Positions 20,440-30,007 of a stretch of DNA of 64,000 bases are shown in pieces. This DNA comes from Candidatus Cloacimonadales bacterium (GTDB taxonomy: Bacteria; Cloacimonadota; Cloacimonadia; Cloacimonadales; DAONDQ01): positions 3,616,001 through 3,680,000 of the forward strand of contig OY759316.1 of assembly GCA_963662275.1 (NCBI GenBank), in the 5' to 3' direction. The translations under genes were made by a program, and so were the position numbers. The first letter of the stretch is position 1. Each line of letters starts with the position of its first letter. The notes beneath the pieces are model-generated. The model was given only the letters and a program-made list of their open reading frames with translations. It did not search any database and was not told where the DNA came from.

Positions 20440-20555
20440 TTGAACTTCCATGAAAGCAGGTTTTCGCTACCGATGATGAAAATGTCGGTTTGAAGTCCAT
20501 TTTCCATTTTAGTCAGGTATTCAATGATAATTTGTTTAGGGCATTTGAACTCCAA
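20440..20555 (-). repeat. TGGAGTTCA hairpin + GGTAGCGAAAAC module, copy without insert
   Basis: Reverse complement aligns with 53484-53598. Confidence 0.85.
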
Positions 20556-20580
20556 GATATCGTATTGTTGGGATAAACTA

Positions 20581-20606
20581 AAAGGGCTCATTCACATGAG
20601 CCCTTT
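20581..20606 (-). terminator. Putative intrinsic terminator after the S9 peptidase
   Basis: aaagggctca-ttcaca-tgagcccttt hairpin with T tail on the minus strand. Confidence 0.7.
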
Positions 20607-20622
20607 CAAGAATGGAAAAGGA

Positions 20623-22434
20623 TTATCCAATATATTTCTTCAGGAATGTCTCCATTTCCCGATAGAAATCAAATTGATTTTCCTCATTCTGGAAACCATG
20701 TCCTTCGTTATCTTTAACCATATATTCAACTTCGACACCTCTTGTCTTCAAGGCAGCCACCATCTGGTCAGACTCATGAATAGGTACACGCGGATCGTTA
20801 GCGCCTTGGGCGATAAAGAGCGGAGTTATGATCTTATCCGCATTGAGAGCTGGAGATGTTGCCTTAAATTGTTCAGCTTCCTTTTCAGGATGTCCAAGCA
20901 TTTCATACATCATTTCCCGCATTGGTTCCCAGTAGGGAGGGAATGCTTCCAACCAGGTAAATAGATTGGATACACCAACGTAATCCACAGCAGCAACAAA
21001 CAACTCTGGTGTCTTGATAATTCCCATGAGCGTGGCGTAGCCACCATAACTTGCACCGTAGATAGCAATCTTCTTAGGATTGGCAATGCCTTCTTTAATA
21101 ATCCATTGCACCGCATCTGTAACATCGTCCTGCATGGTTAGACCCCATTGTTTATAGGATGCTTCCTGGAATTTTCTGCCATAGCCGGTAGAACCTCTGA
21201 AATTCATCTGCAATACTGCATAACCACGATTCGCTAAAAACTGTACTTCTGGATTAAATCCCCAGGAATCTCTATACCAGGGACCACCATGTGGATTGAT
21301 GACTACAGGTAAATTCTTTGGCTCTATCCCTAATGGTAAAGTCAAATAGCCGTGTATTGTCAAGCCATCCCGGGAAACATATTGGATTGGCTTCATTTCT
21401 GCCAGTTCGTCTTCTTTCAGCCAGGGAGCCAAATCAAACAATTTGGTCAGTTCCCAAGTAATCAGGTTTAGATAATAATAACTTCCAAAAGTTCTATCCA
21501 AACCGGAATATACAATGCATTTACTCTCATCTTTATCAAAACAAGTAACGCTGTTTTCATACTTTGGTAATTTTTGGTCGACAAAATCCTGTATTTGTTT
21601 CCGGGTTTCATCAAAGAAATGAGGATGTTCCTTTTCCGTGTTATAGATTACCCCCGTAAGTACTTTTCTTTTTTTGGAATAGATAAGATCATAAACATCC
21701 ACCTCTGGATGTTCAAAAATGAGCTTCCCTTCTTTTCCGGTATTTAGATTATATTCAAAAATTCCATATTTATCTCTACCCACATTTGAGGCGGCATAAA
21801 TTGCCTTATTATCGAGGGTGAAGAACAATGGAATGACGTTTTCCTTAAAATTGTAAGAAGCAATTTCCCGCCATTCACTGTCTTCTGTTTCGCGATACTT
21901 CAAACCGACGTTAACTCCATCTGTTGTGAAAGCCAGACGTAATTTCCCATCCTGGTCAGTAATCCAGGCACGGACATCCCCTGGATTTTCTGCAATTGGT
22001 GTCATGGCTCCGGTATCAATATTTAAGCGATATATGTCGAATATTTCGGGATCTCTTTTATTCATCTGAAAAAGGATGTGTTCCGGGTCGTCTTCCAGTT
22101 TATCCACAATATCGCATTTCACTTTTTCGAAAGGAGTGAATTCAATGGGATTCGAACCATCATAATTGACACCATACAACCTGGTGTTTTCATCTCCTCC
22201 CTGGTCCATGACATAGATAATCCGATCATCACTTGCCCAAACATAACCGGCTATATCTCTTTCAGTAGCTCCAGTTATGCGCTTGATTTCTCCGGTTTTG
22301 ATGTTTTTGACAAACACATTCAATCTTCTTTCATATGGCTCCATCCAAGCTAAATACTCTCCATTGGGCGAGATATTAACGGATATTTGTTCCGGGTTCT
22401 TAAAAAAGTCTTCTAAAGGTATTAATCTTGTCAT
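20623..22434 (-). CDS. S9 family (prolyl oligopeptidase/acylaminoacyl) peptidase
   Basis: N-terminal propeller, HGGP, NFRGSTGYG, nucleophile GASYGG, GANDPRV (Asp), NEGHGF (His). Confidence 0.93.
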   Translation of the reverse strand: MTRLIPLEDFFKNPEQISVNISPNGEYLAWMEPYERRLNVFVKNIKTGEIKRITGATERDIAGYVWASDDRIIYVMDQGGDENTRLYGVNYDGSNPIEFTPFEKVKCDIVDKLEDDPEHILFQMNKRDPEIFDIYRLNIDTGAMTPIAENPGDVRAWITDQDGKLRLAFTTDGVNVGLKYRETEDSEWREIASYNFKENVIPLFFTLDNKAIYAASNVGRDKYGIFEYNLNTGKEGKLIFEHPEVDVYDLIYSKKRKVLTGVIYNTEKEHPHFFDETRKQIQDFVDQKLPKYENSVTCFDKDESKCIVYSGLDRTFGSYYYLNLITWELTKLFDLAPWLKEDELAEMKPIQYVSRDGLTIHGYLTLPLGIEPKNLPVVINPHGGPWYRDSWGFNPEVQFLANRGYAVLQMNFRGSTGYGRKFQEASYKQWGLTMQDDVTDAVQWIIKEGIANPKKIAIYGASYGGYATLMGIIKTPELFVAAVDYVGVSNLFTWLEAFPPYWEPMREMMYEMLGHPEKEAEQFKATSPALNADKIITPLFIAQGANDPRVPIHESDQMVAALKTRGVEVEYMVKDNEGHGFQNEENQFDFYREMETFLKKYIG

Positions 22435-22534
22435 TTTTCCTCCTGCATTTTAGAATATATTTTGCTCTTATTTCTTTTCAGTATCTGGATTTGAACTTCA
22501 TCTGCTGAAAGAATAGGTGTATTACCACACGCCC

Positions 22535-23224
22535 CTACACAATTTCCTTGCGGTATTTGGACATGAACCTGATGTGGATGATCAATCCTGTAATAATCAT
22601 AACAACTCCAAGACCACCGCCTTTTAAGTACAATCTTGTCCAATCATTCGGATAAATCAACATTGTGATAGGGATAAACAACGCAATGAAAAACCAAAGG
22701 TACATCCTGGATACTCTGTACTTCATAGCGAGGAAACAGAGTACAGTTGTACCGCATACAGCAAATAGCAGATACATCAGCATATTGTCGAAGAGATTGG
22801 ATGGAATATTAATCTCTGCATTATATAAGATAGCAATCAGAATCATAATGCCGATAAAACCTGGGACAACAATAAGCTGATCTAAGCTGGCGGACATGGA
22901 AGTAAGCTCTTTTTTTGTCAGATCGGGATACTTCTTCTTGATGTAGCAATTTTGATAGGAGTTGATTAAATAGAGAATAATCAGGAACAGAATATATCCT
23001 ATCATTTTCATCCAGGAGGGAAATACATAACTTTTTATTATCGAAATCCCCACTACCCCCCAAAACATGAAAATTATTCCTACTACAATATCAATCAGAC
23101 CGTCTTTACTATTGAACTCCTTTTCAATTCCTACAAGCTGTTCTTTTCTTTCTTGTTTGCTTTGTTCGACATTTGGTGGATTAAGAGAAGTTTCTGTAGC
23201 ATTGACCATAATTTCTTCAGACAT
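22535..23224 (-). CDS. Hypothetical integral membrane protein (about 6 TM)
   Basis: Several hydrophobic segments; start at ATG 23224 with RBS AGGAGG; stop TAG lies in a GTAG repeat. Confidence 0.75.
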   Translation of the reverse strand: MSEEIMVNATETSLNPPNVEQSKQERKEQLVGIEKEFNSKDGLIDIVVGIIFMFWGVVGISIIKSYVFPSWMKMIGYILFLIILYLINSYQNCYIKKKYPDLTKKELTSMSASLDQLIVVPGFIGIMILIAILYNAEINIPSNLFDNMLMYLLFAVCGTTVLCFLAMKYRVSRMYLWFFIALFIPITMLIYPNDWTRLYLKGGGLGVVMIITGLIIHIRFMSKYRKEIV

Positions 23225-23450
23225 AATATCCTCCTTCAATCGTATTTTCTCATATTCTTGTACAACCATGGGAGAGCATATATTTCAAGTTACAAAAAAA
23301 AACTTTATAAATACTATCTGTCAAACTATTTTAATGATTTCAGACAAATATGATGCTTTTAATAGGTTAATTATCTTTCATACGATTCTGATAATTATGA
23401 TTTAGGACAGGATGTTTGGAAGATTGTAGAATTTATATGAAAACTGAGAG

Positions 23451-23640
23451 CCGGTTCATTGAGTGATTAAAACTTCCCTCTTTTGGAACAAGAGAGGGAT
23501 AAGAGGGTGAGTCGACGAAGGAGAAATTGTATCGAAATGTACCGTTATTACATTCAAGACTCTGTTAATGTCGTCTCCTCGATACAAATAGATGCATTTC
23601 GACTTCGCTCAATGACCATCTATTCACTCGGAGAACTCAG
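23451..23640 (+). repeat. CGGTTCATTGAGTG element carrying two nested foreign palindromes
   Basis: Compared with the copies at 10281 and 16891 it has inserts at 23469-23511 and 23594-23617. Confidence 0.85.
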
Positions 23641-24002
23641 ATACTGTCCAGCTTACGATGATCAAACAAGTAAGCAACCCAATATTTAAGCGCTTCCTTG
23701 CCAATACCCGAACCCCAAAGATCTGCTTCTGCAATAACGATGCCAATGGCAAAAAAACTAGTTTTAGGCTCGGATATTCTAACTGATTTCCATTACTGAG
23801 TTATGTATATTCATCGTAAATGTATCTATTTAAATCTTAAATACTTATATGTCTCACAATACCGGATGAAATACAAATAAATAACGATATAATAAGTTGT
23901 TAATATCAGCCATATTTCAGGAAAAATAAATTGCCTTTTTATGTTAAAGAAGTATTTTAATATCATGATGTATAGCTGGGCTACAAAATACGGAGGAAAA
24001 AA

Positions 24003-25469
24003 ATGAAAAATCTACTCAATTCCATGTTTCAAATCAAGTTTGCATGTTTACTCGTTGCACTTTACTTAACAATTTTGATGGTTCCAACTAACGTTTATTG
24101 TCAAACAACAGGAGATACGCTGATTTGTGATGTCTCAGTCGTTGTGGATCAATTTGCAGAGTCTGATGAAAGTACAGGTGGCTTGTCCAGCCTTGTTATT
24201 GCAGATGATTCTTTATCCACCACCGATTACTCCACAATCATCTCCTATGACGACTCTCTTCAAGTAGGTCACTGTGCTAAAACCAAAATTTATGGAGATT
24301 CAATACACGTCGAATGCTACATTACCAATGGGCAAATCAGAAATGTAGAAGTGCTCAATGATGCTGGGGGACATGCTATCTTTTATCTTAGAGAAAGCAG
24401 CAGCACAGCAACAACTTCCTATATTAAGGGCTACGTAAAACCAATCACAAAATATACTAGTGTTGTTTTTCATGTGAATCAACAAATAAAGCCCTCTACC
24501 AATTCTTGGCATACAATTACTGCTTCTGCAAAGATAGTAGGTGTGAGATATGTCAACTATTGGGATCACTTTTGGTACTATATCGCACCAGGGCAAAAAA
24601 AATATCTCGAGTGGTCTGGGGAGTTACCATATTGCCATGTTAATTACGGTTTTATCAAATATGTAATTATTGATGACAACGGACCAATGTTTATAGCTCA
24701 TTCGGAAGCTTATTACGATGATTTTGAAGAAATATCTTGGCCTTCTCTGATTTCTGATTTTGAAATTCCAATAAATCCACTTCACGATGATCTCACTGTT
24801 GTTTTTGGAATAGTAAGGCTCTCGAGCATAAAGTTTTTAGGAGAGGAATTACCCGTAGAATTATCCAGTTTTTCAGCTCAATATAATTCAGATTTTGTTT
24901 CATTATTGTGGGAAACACAATCCGAGACCAGTTTAGCTGGATATAATATCTACAGGGATACAAGCGAAAGTATGTCTAACCCGCTGAAAAGGAACGAAAT
25001 GTTAATTACAGCTACCAATTCATCACAGACACAGAACTATACTTTCAATGATCAGGAGGTGGAACCCAATTCCATCTATTACTACTGGCTGGAATCCGTT
25101 GATTGTGATGGGAAAACCCAACTGTATGGTCCAGTTACAGCCACAACAAATAATCCGGGTGAACCTGATACTCCGCCTGTTATTGAACCTAAAACATCGT
25201 TACTCTGTGCCTTCCCGAATCCCTTTAACCCGGACACGACGATACCCTTCGAATTAAAGAACGCATCAGATGTTAGGATGGACATCTTCAATATCAAAGG
25301 GGAGCTAGTCAAAAACTTCAGTTCACAGCATTATGAGAAAGCTGGTGTTTATGAAGTACATTGGGATGGTAAGACAGATGCCGGTCAAACACTTAGCAGT
25401 GGCGTATATTTCTATCGGATGACAGCAGGGACATATTCTGCAACTAAAAAGGTCATTTTAATGAAGTAA
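24003..25469 (+). CDS. Secreted protein with LPVELSSF domain and FlgD-Ig/T9SS-like CTD
   Basis: Signal peptide, RBS GGAGG; LPVELSSFSA...YYYWLE; FPNPFNPDT...SSGVYFYRM...KVILMK. Confidence 0.85.
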   Translation: MKNLLNSMFQIKFACLLVALYLTILMVPTNVYCQTTGDTLICDVSVVVDQFAESDESTGGLSSLVIADDSLSTTDYSTIISYDDSLQVGHCAKTKIYGDSIHVECYITNGQIRNVEVLNDAGGHAIFYLRESSSTATTSYIKGYVKPITKYTSVVFHVNQQIKPSTNSWHTITASAKIVGVRYVNYWDHFWYYIAPGQKKYLEWSGELPYCHVNYGFIKYVIIDDNGPMFIAHSEAYYDDFEEISWPSLISDFEIPINPLHDDLTVVFGIVRLSSIKFLGEELPVELSSFSAQYNSDFVSLLWETQSETSLAGYNIYRDTSESMSNPLKRNEMLITATNSSQTQNYTFNDQEVEPNSIYYYWLESVDCDGKTQLYGPVTATTNNPGEPDTPPVIEPKTSLLCAFPNPFNPDTTIPFELKNASDVRMDIFNIKGELVKNFSSQHYEKAGVYEVHWDGKTDAGQTLSSGVYFYRMTAGTYSATKKVILMK

Positions 25470-25496
25470 TATGACTTTCCCAATGCTATACATCGG

Positions 25497-25522
25497 AGGC
25501 TACCTATATCAGGTAGCCTTTT
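25497..25522 (+). terminator. Intrinsic terminator
   Basis: aggctacct-atatc-aggtagcct followed by T run after the stop at 25469. Confidence 0.75.
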
Positions 25523-25557
25523 GTTATTCTTTCAAAAGAATACTCTCTTCATTTTCC

Positions 25558-25758
25558 TGTTGATCAAAATGCGGAAGGTTAAGCCATATCGAATATACCT
25601 GGCAAGGCTGCACTTTCCCAACCTGCAGAAATACTCATGATGAAGGATGTAACTTTTCGAAAGACGGTGAAGAATGTTCCATCTGCGGAATGAAGCGTAC
25701 GAATAAGCACATAGGAGATGATGATACCTGTTCCGTATGCTGGAAGGACAGTAGTTAA
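25558..25758 (+). pseudogene. Remnant of a Cys-rich CxxCG-repeat protein
   Basis: Frame reads C*SKCGRLSHIEYTWQGCTFPTCRNTHDEGCNFSKDGEECSICGMKRTNKHIGDDDTCSVCWKDSS*; no start codon ahead of the motifs. Confidence 0.5.
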
Positions 25759-25789
25759 CGAAAACAAGGTCTTTCTCTATAGAATGCTG

Positions 25790-27118
25790 CTACTCCTGTC
25801 TTTGTTTTATCCAGCCGGCGATATCCTCAATCACCGTAGGATCTACGTATTCCAACGTAAAATAGCTGTCCGGGGTTGATTTACCTTCGCTTTTCATAAA
25901 CAGATGGTCGAGGTTCGGATAGCTCTTCAGTATCACATTATTTCCGCTTGCCTTCTTCCAAAGATTATAATTCGTCATCGAAACCTGGTAATCCTTCTCA
26001 CCCTGGAGAATGAGGAAAGGAGCTTTGGATTGTTGGAAAACTTCCACCTGGTGATAGTTATTCAGGGAAAGCCAATAACCTTTCGGAACACCTAATAACA
26101 GCGTATCCGGGGCAGGTTTATCCTTGGAAAGTAGTTTTATGGCTGCTGCCTGGGCAGTGAGTTTATCCAGTTCCTTTTTCTTTTCCGGTGTCATCATATC
26201 CAAACCAAAGATGTATTTGTATTGCTCCACAACGAGGTCTTCCAAAGGTCTGGCGTTCCCAGCCAGCATGATGAACCCGGATACACCCTTCACTTCTTTT
26301 GCAGCAATCGGCAGCACATAGGCTCCCATACTATGACCTAAAAGGAAATACCCGTTCCCCTTAATGCTCTTATCAGCTTTGAGGAATTTCAGGGCAGAGA
26401 CAGTTTCAGGCAGATACTCATCTTTCATAGTAAATGATTCATTTCCTTTGAATTTAGAGGGATAATCCAGGGTCCTTTTAGACCAGCGCAGGGTAGCAAT
26501 TCCATGGTTAGCCAAGCCATTGGCAAGATCACGGAAAGGCTTGCGCCTTCTCACAGTTTCATCCATATCATTGGGACCAGAACCAGACAGCATCAGCACG
26601 ATCGGGTAGGAAACGGCTTTTGCCGGAACTGTCAGGATGCCATGAACCTGGAGACCATCGCAGTCAAAGGCAACTTCCCGGGTGATGATATTCTTAGCAT
26701 CCAGGTAATCAGGCAATTTGACATCCACACCCGGTTTCGGAACCGATGAAGGATTGAAGAATAAGCCCACGACAACGCCCTGGTCTGCCAGGGTTACTAT
26801 CATGTCGATCACCATTTTATCGAAATTCAAAACATATATATGTGTATGATTAGGCGGATTTTCCTTTTCATTGATCTCGAGCAAACCGAGGAACCCGCCT
26901 AACTGTTCGGACAATCCCTCCCAGGTTTCCTGCAGCTTTGCCGCTGACAGAGCCGTTTTCACTTGGTCCGAACTCATTTGCGTACAGGTTTCATAATCGC
27001 CATTAAGCAGGCTGTTAAAGTAAATATCCGCATTGTTATTCGGGGTGATTGGGATCTCGATCGCTTCCAGTACGCAGGAAGCCAGCAGTAAAAATATGAG
27101 AATCGTGAAGTAATACAT
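25790..27118 (-). CDS. Secreted alpha/beta hydrolase with N-terminal DUF3887-like domain
   Basis: Signal peptide, GSGPNDMDE, GHSMG nucleophile elbow, LQGEKDYQV, YPNLDHLF. Confidence 0.88.
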   Translation of the reverse strand: MYYFTILIFLLLASCVLEAIEIPITPNNNADIYFNSLLNGDYETCTQMSSDQVKTALSAAKLQETWEGLSEQLGGFLGLLEINEKENPPNHTHIYVLNFDKMVIDMIVTLADQGVVVGLFFNPSSVPKPGVDVKLPDYLDAKNIITREVAFDCDGLQVHGILTVPAKAVSYPIVLMLSGSGPNDMDETVRRRKPFRDLANGLANHGIATLRWSKRTLDYPSKFKGNESFTMKDEYLPETVSALKFLKADKSIKGNGYFLLGHSMGAYVLPIAAKEVKGVSGFIMLAGNARPLEDLVVEQYKYIFGLDMMTPEKKKELDKLTAQAAAIKLLSKDKPAPDTLLLGVPKGYWLSLNNYHQVEVFQQSKAPFLILQGEKDYQVSMTNYNLWKKASGNNVILKSYPNLDHLFMKSEGKSTPDSYFTLEYVDPTVIEDIAGWIKQRQE

Positions 27119-27261
27119 TACTCTTCCTCCAAAGATTGATTTTCGATATTATCATTCATAATTGCTCCCAAATAAGAATTATAAGGATTGATAAAAAAGT
27201 CAAAGTTAATTTATTTCCACTAAAAGGCATTACGGTACCAATACGGGAAATGATCTTGGGC

Positions 27262-27622
27262 GTGGAGTAGGATTCCGATCCTACTGAATACGAGACTATC
27301 GTTTTGAACAGTTCATCGTGGAATGTGATTCATAGCATTTACGCCAAATGCTGCATAATCGTTATATATAACCATCCACTTTCATTTAACAAGAGGTGCA
27401 AGTTCAGCAGGATCGGCATCCTACACTACAATGCAAGACACAGTTACGTAAGATTGGAATCTTATGCCACAACCGCGTAAATGCGGAGCTACGATACAGT
27501 AGGATCGGCATCCTACTCCACAACCGCGTAAATGCGGAGCTACGATACAGTAGGATCGGCATTCTACTCCACAACCGCGTAAATGCGGAGCTACGTATAG
27601 TAGGATCGGCATCCTACTCCAC
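27262..27622. repeat. BIME-like array alternating two REP-like palindromes (50-51 bp period)
   Basis: gtaggatcggcatcctactccac-type units at 27448, 27499, 27550, 27600 separated by aaccgcgtaaatgcggagctac; opposing copy at 27262-27284. Confidence 0.9.
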
Positions 27623-27639
27623 ATGAAATAGGAACACAT

Positions 27640-27900
27640 TTGCTGGCACCGGTTACTTCCCACAAATTGAAACATCACACCTACCAGGGATATATCGCTA
27701 TGGAGAACCTGGCTCAGTATTTGAATATCAAGATGTTTCATTATACAGATTACAACCGTTCGGATGAAAGCTATTACCACTATCATTTTTTTCTGGAACT
27801 ATATGAAAAGCTGGATAAGCAATATCCCATGGCAAAGGTGCAGAAATTATTCAAACTTGCTGTAAAAAAGGCTGTGAAGGATGGGATTCAAGCAGGATAA
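27640..27900 (+). CDS. Small hypothetical protein or 3' gene remnant
   Basis: Open frame of 86 codons directly after the repeat array; no recognised motif, weak start. Confidence 0.3.
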   Translation: MLAPVTSHKLKHHTYQGYIAMENLAQYLNIKMFHYTDYNRSDESYYHYHFFLELYEKLDKQYPMAKVQKLFKLAVKKAVKDGIQAG

Positions 27901-28168
27901 ACAGTTTAACATTCATATTAATAAACGGACGAATCAACTCTCTGCTGGAGGAAAGACGGCATTAAAATTTTCTGAGAAACATTGAGCTGATAGATTTGGG
28001 ATTATAAAGAGCCCCCCCAAATAAAAGACAATCTCTTTCCTCATGACGATTTCAATGATATAGACACGCTATGTATTAGTATCATAAAAATATCCAAAAA
28101 TACTGCCTTATGGAATAAATTTTGTTACAAGAATAACCATAGTAACATCTGTCAAGAAGGAGCGAGCA

Positions 28169-29503
28169 ATGATGAGAAAATTGTTTTATTCTTATTTTAT
28201 TTTAATCTTCTTAACCGGAATCTTCTCTTTATCTGCTCAAACCTACCAGGCAACACGTCTAGTAGAACGGAATAGTGTGGAACATGGTTCCATGTGCACA
28301 GATGATATCTGGGAATCTTATACAGATTACAAACGGGAGATTGTACATTATTCCTCACTACAGGCAGATGTGATTGATTCCGTGGAAGTATTAAGTAAGC
28401 GAATCCAAACAGGTTATCCAAATAACTGGGTTCCATACCAGACCTATGATTTCCATCCTTCAGTTACTTTGTTAAATGAGGGAAGGATCGTCAATTTCAA
28501 TATCACCAGTACCCTAGGATGGTTTCCCAATTCGATCGTTGAAGTGTATGATTCAATGAACCATCTCGTTATGGTACACAGAGATTATGTTCACGATAAC
28601 ATACATACGGGAATAAGAAAGACTCTTTCCTATTTACCGGATGGCAATATCGACAATACATCAAGCTTTATATATGGCTGGGATACTGAACCAGATCAAT
28701 ATCTCAAGACAGTTCCCAATTATGATAACCAAGGCAGAAGGCTCTATGAAATACAATATACATCTCCTGATTCGATAACTTGGACTCCGGTAACCAAGAC
28801 CATCTTCACGTATACAGGAGAGACATATCCCGAGGGTTTGGTATTTCATACTTACCACCCCTTATTTTGTTTTAGTTCCTTTAATAACTGGGGTTCTGTT
28901 TTCTATAATGATGTTCCGGGTTTGCAAACTCCTTATGTAATAGATTCACTGGTCGTGCAACATTACTCCGATGGACAGTGGGCGGATAGTTTATATACTG
29001 ATTACCAGGTGAATCATTCGACAGGAAACGGATATGGATTTCAAACACGGGAGATCAATCTGACCATACCATTACCCATCGATGCTCAATACAAGCGAAT
29101 GAATTTTTATTTCCATGAAAATGGATATTATAACGGTGAATCCTATAGTATAGATGATGGACTCGCTCCACCTTGGGATCAAAGTATCAGCTATGCGTGG
29201 GAAGAGATAACTCCCAATCACGAACAAATTGCTATTCCTCAATCGGAAATCAGGATTGCTTGTTACCCGAATCCTTTTCAAATTAATCTGAATATCGTAC
29301 TTTCCAGCAAAGGAAACCAACCTACTGAGATATCAATCTATAACATCAGAGGGCAATTGGTAAGAAGTTGGCATCAAGTAAAAGGGAAAGAACTTACTTG
29401 GGATGGATTTGACAAGAATAAAAAGCATTCTCCTACTGGCATATATTTCATCAAGGCTCAACAAGGTAAAAGTGAAACCGTTAGGAAGTTCGTTAAAATG
29501 TAG
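28169..29503 (+). CDS. Secreted protein with FlgD-Ig/T9SS-like CTD
   Basis: Signal peptide, RBS AAGGAG; CYPNPFQ...IYNIRGQLVR...WDG...TGIYFIK...RKFVKM. Confidence 0.85.
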   Translation: MMRKLFYSYFILIFLTGIFSLSAQTYQATRLVERNSVEHGSMCTDDIWESYTDYKREIVHYSSLQADVIDSVEVLSKRIQTGYPNNWVPYQTYDFHPSVTLLNEGRIVNFNITSTLGWFPNSIVEVYDSMNHLVMVHRDYVHDNIHTGIRKTLSYLPDGNIDNTSSFIYGWDTEPDQYLKTVPNYDNQGRRLYEIQYTSPDSITWTPVTKTIFTYTGETYPEGLVFHTYHPLFCFSSFNNWGSVFYNDVPGLQTPYVIDSLVVQHYSDGQWADSLYTDYQVNHSTGNGYGFQTREINLTIPLPIDAQYKRMNFYFHENGYYNGESYSIDDGLAPPWDQSISYAWEEITPNHEQIAIPQSEIRIACYPNPFQINLNIVLSSKGNQPTEISIYNIRGQLVRSWHQVKGKELTWDGFDKNKKHSPTGIYFIKAQQGKSETVRKFVKM

Positions 29504-29528
29504 AGACGCCCAAGTTGGGCGTCTCTAC
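29500..29528. repeat. Full GTAG...CTAC REP palindrome overlapping a stop codon
   Basis: gtagagacgcccaagttgggcgtctctac; its TAG (29501-29503) is the stop of the upstream gene. Confidence 0.9.
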
Positions 29529-29557
29529 AATGATATGATACTACTAATCCAGGTAAA

Positions 29558-29835
29558 CTCTTTGTGGAATGATATCGGTTCAATAGCTCTTCACTTTTGA
29601 CAGCTTTGGGAAGATCAAAGCTGATAGTTGTGGAAGTATCAAGATTCCAAGCGTACTTCTCAACAAACTGTGCATGTGAAGGATTCGTGATATTATAAAT
29701 ACAAATTTCATTCCATGCAGTTTCAGGGAAGAAAAGAAGATCATCTTTAATATACAAAACCCTTACTGCTGACCTATCATAAGGTAATATACTCTGAATA
29801 ATAGCAGGATTAGCAGGATGTTATATCCTGAAGCT
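29558..29835 (-). pseudogene. Decayed LVIVD-repeat + CTD protein fragment
   Basis: Frameshifted DIT-(N)PANP and IYNITNPSHA repeats followed by TTISFDLPKA joined to a KVKS-like segment (internally deleted CTD). Confidence 0.6.
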
Positions 29836-30007
29836 TGTAACTTTTGGAGTCTGCACCTTCCAGAGTTATTGGGATGCAATCCCAACAATATAACAGCTTG
29901 CAAAGCTATGGTACGATGCAGATTCCGATAATACCATTATCGGTTACAACACATTACCAATGTAAGTTACAAGCATTTCGCAAAAGGCAAAAAGGGAAAA
30001 CTATAAA

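Noticed and set aside
27448..27622. Mini CRISPR array
   Set aside because: The would-be spacers are identical and themselves palindromic; no cas genes.
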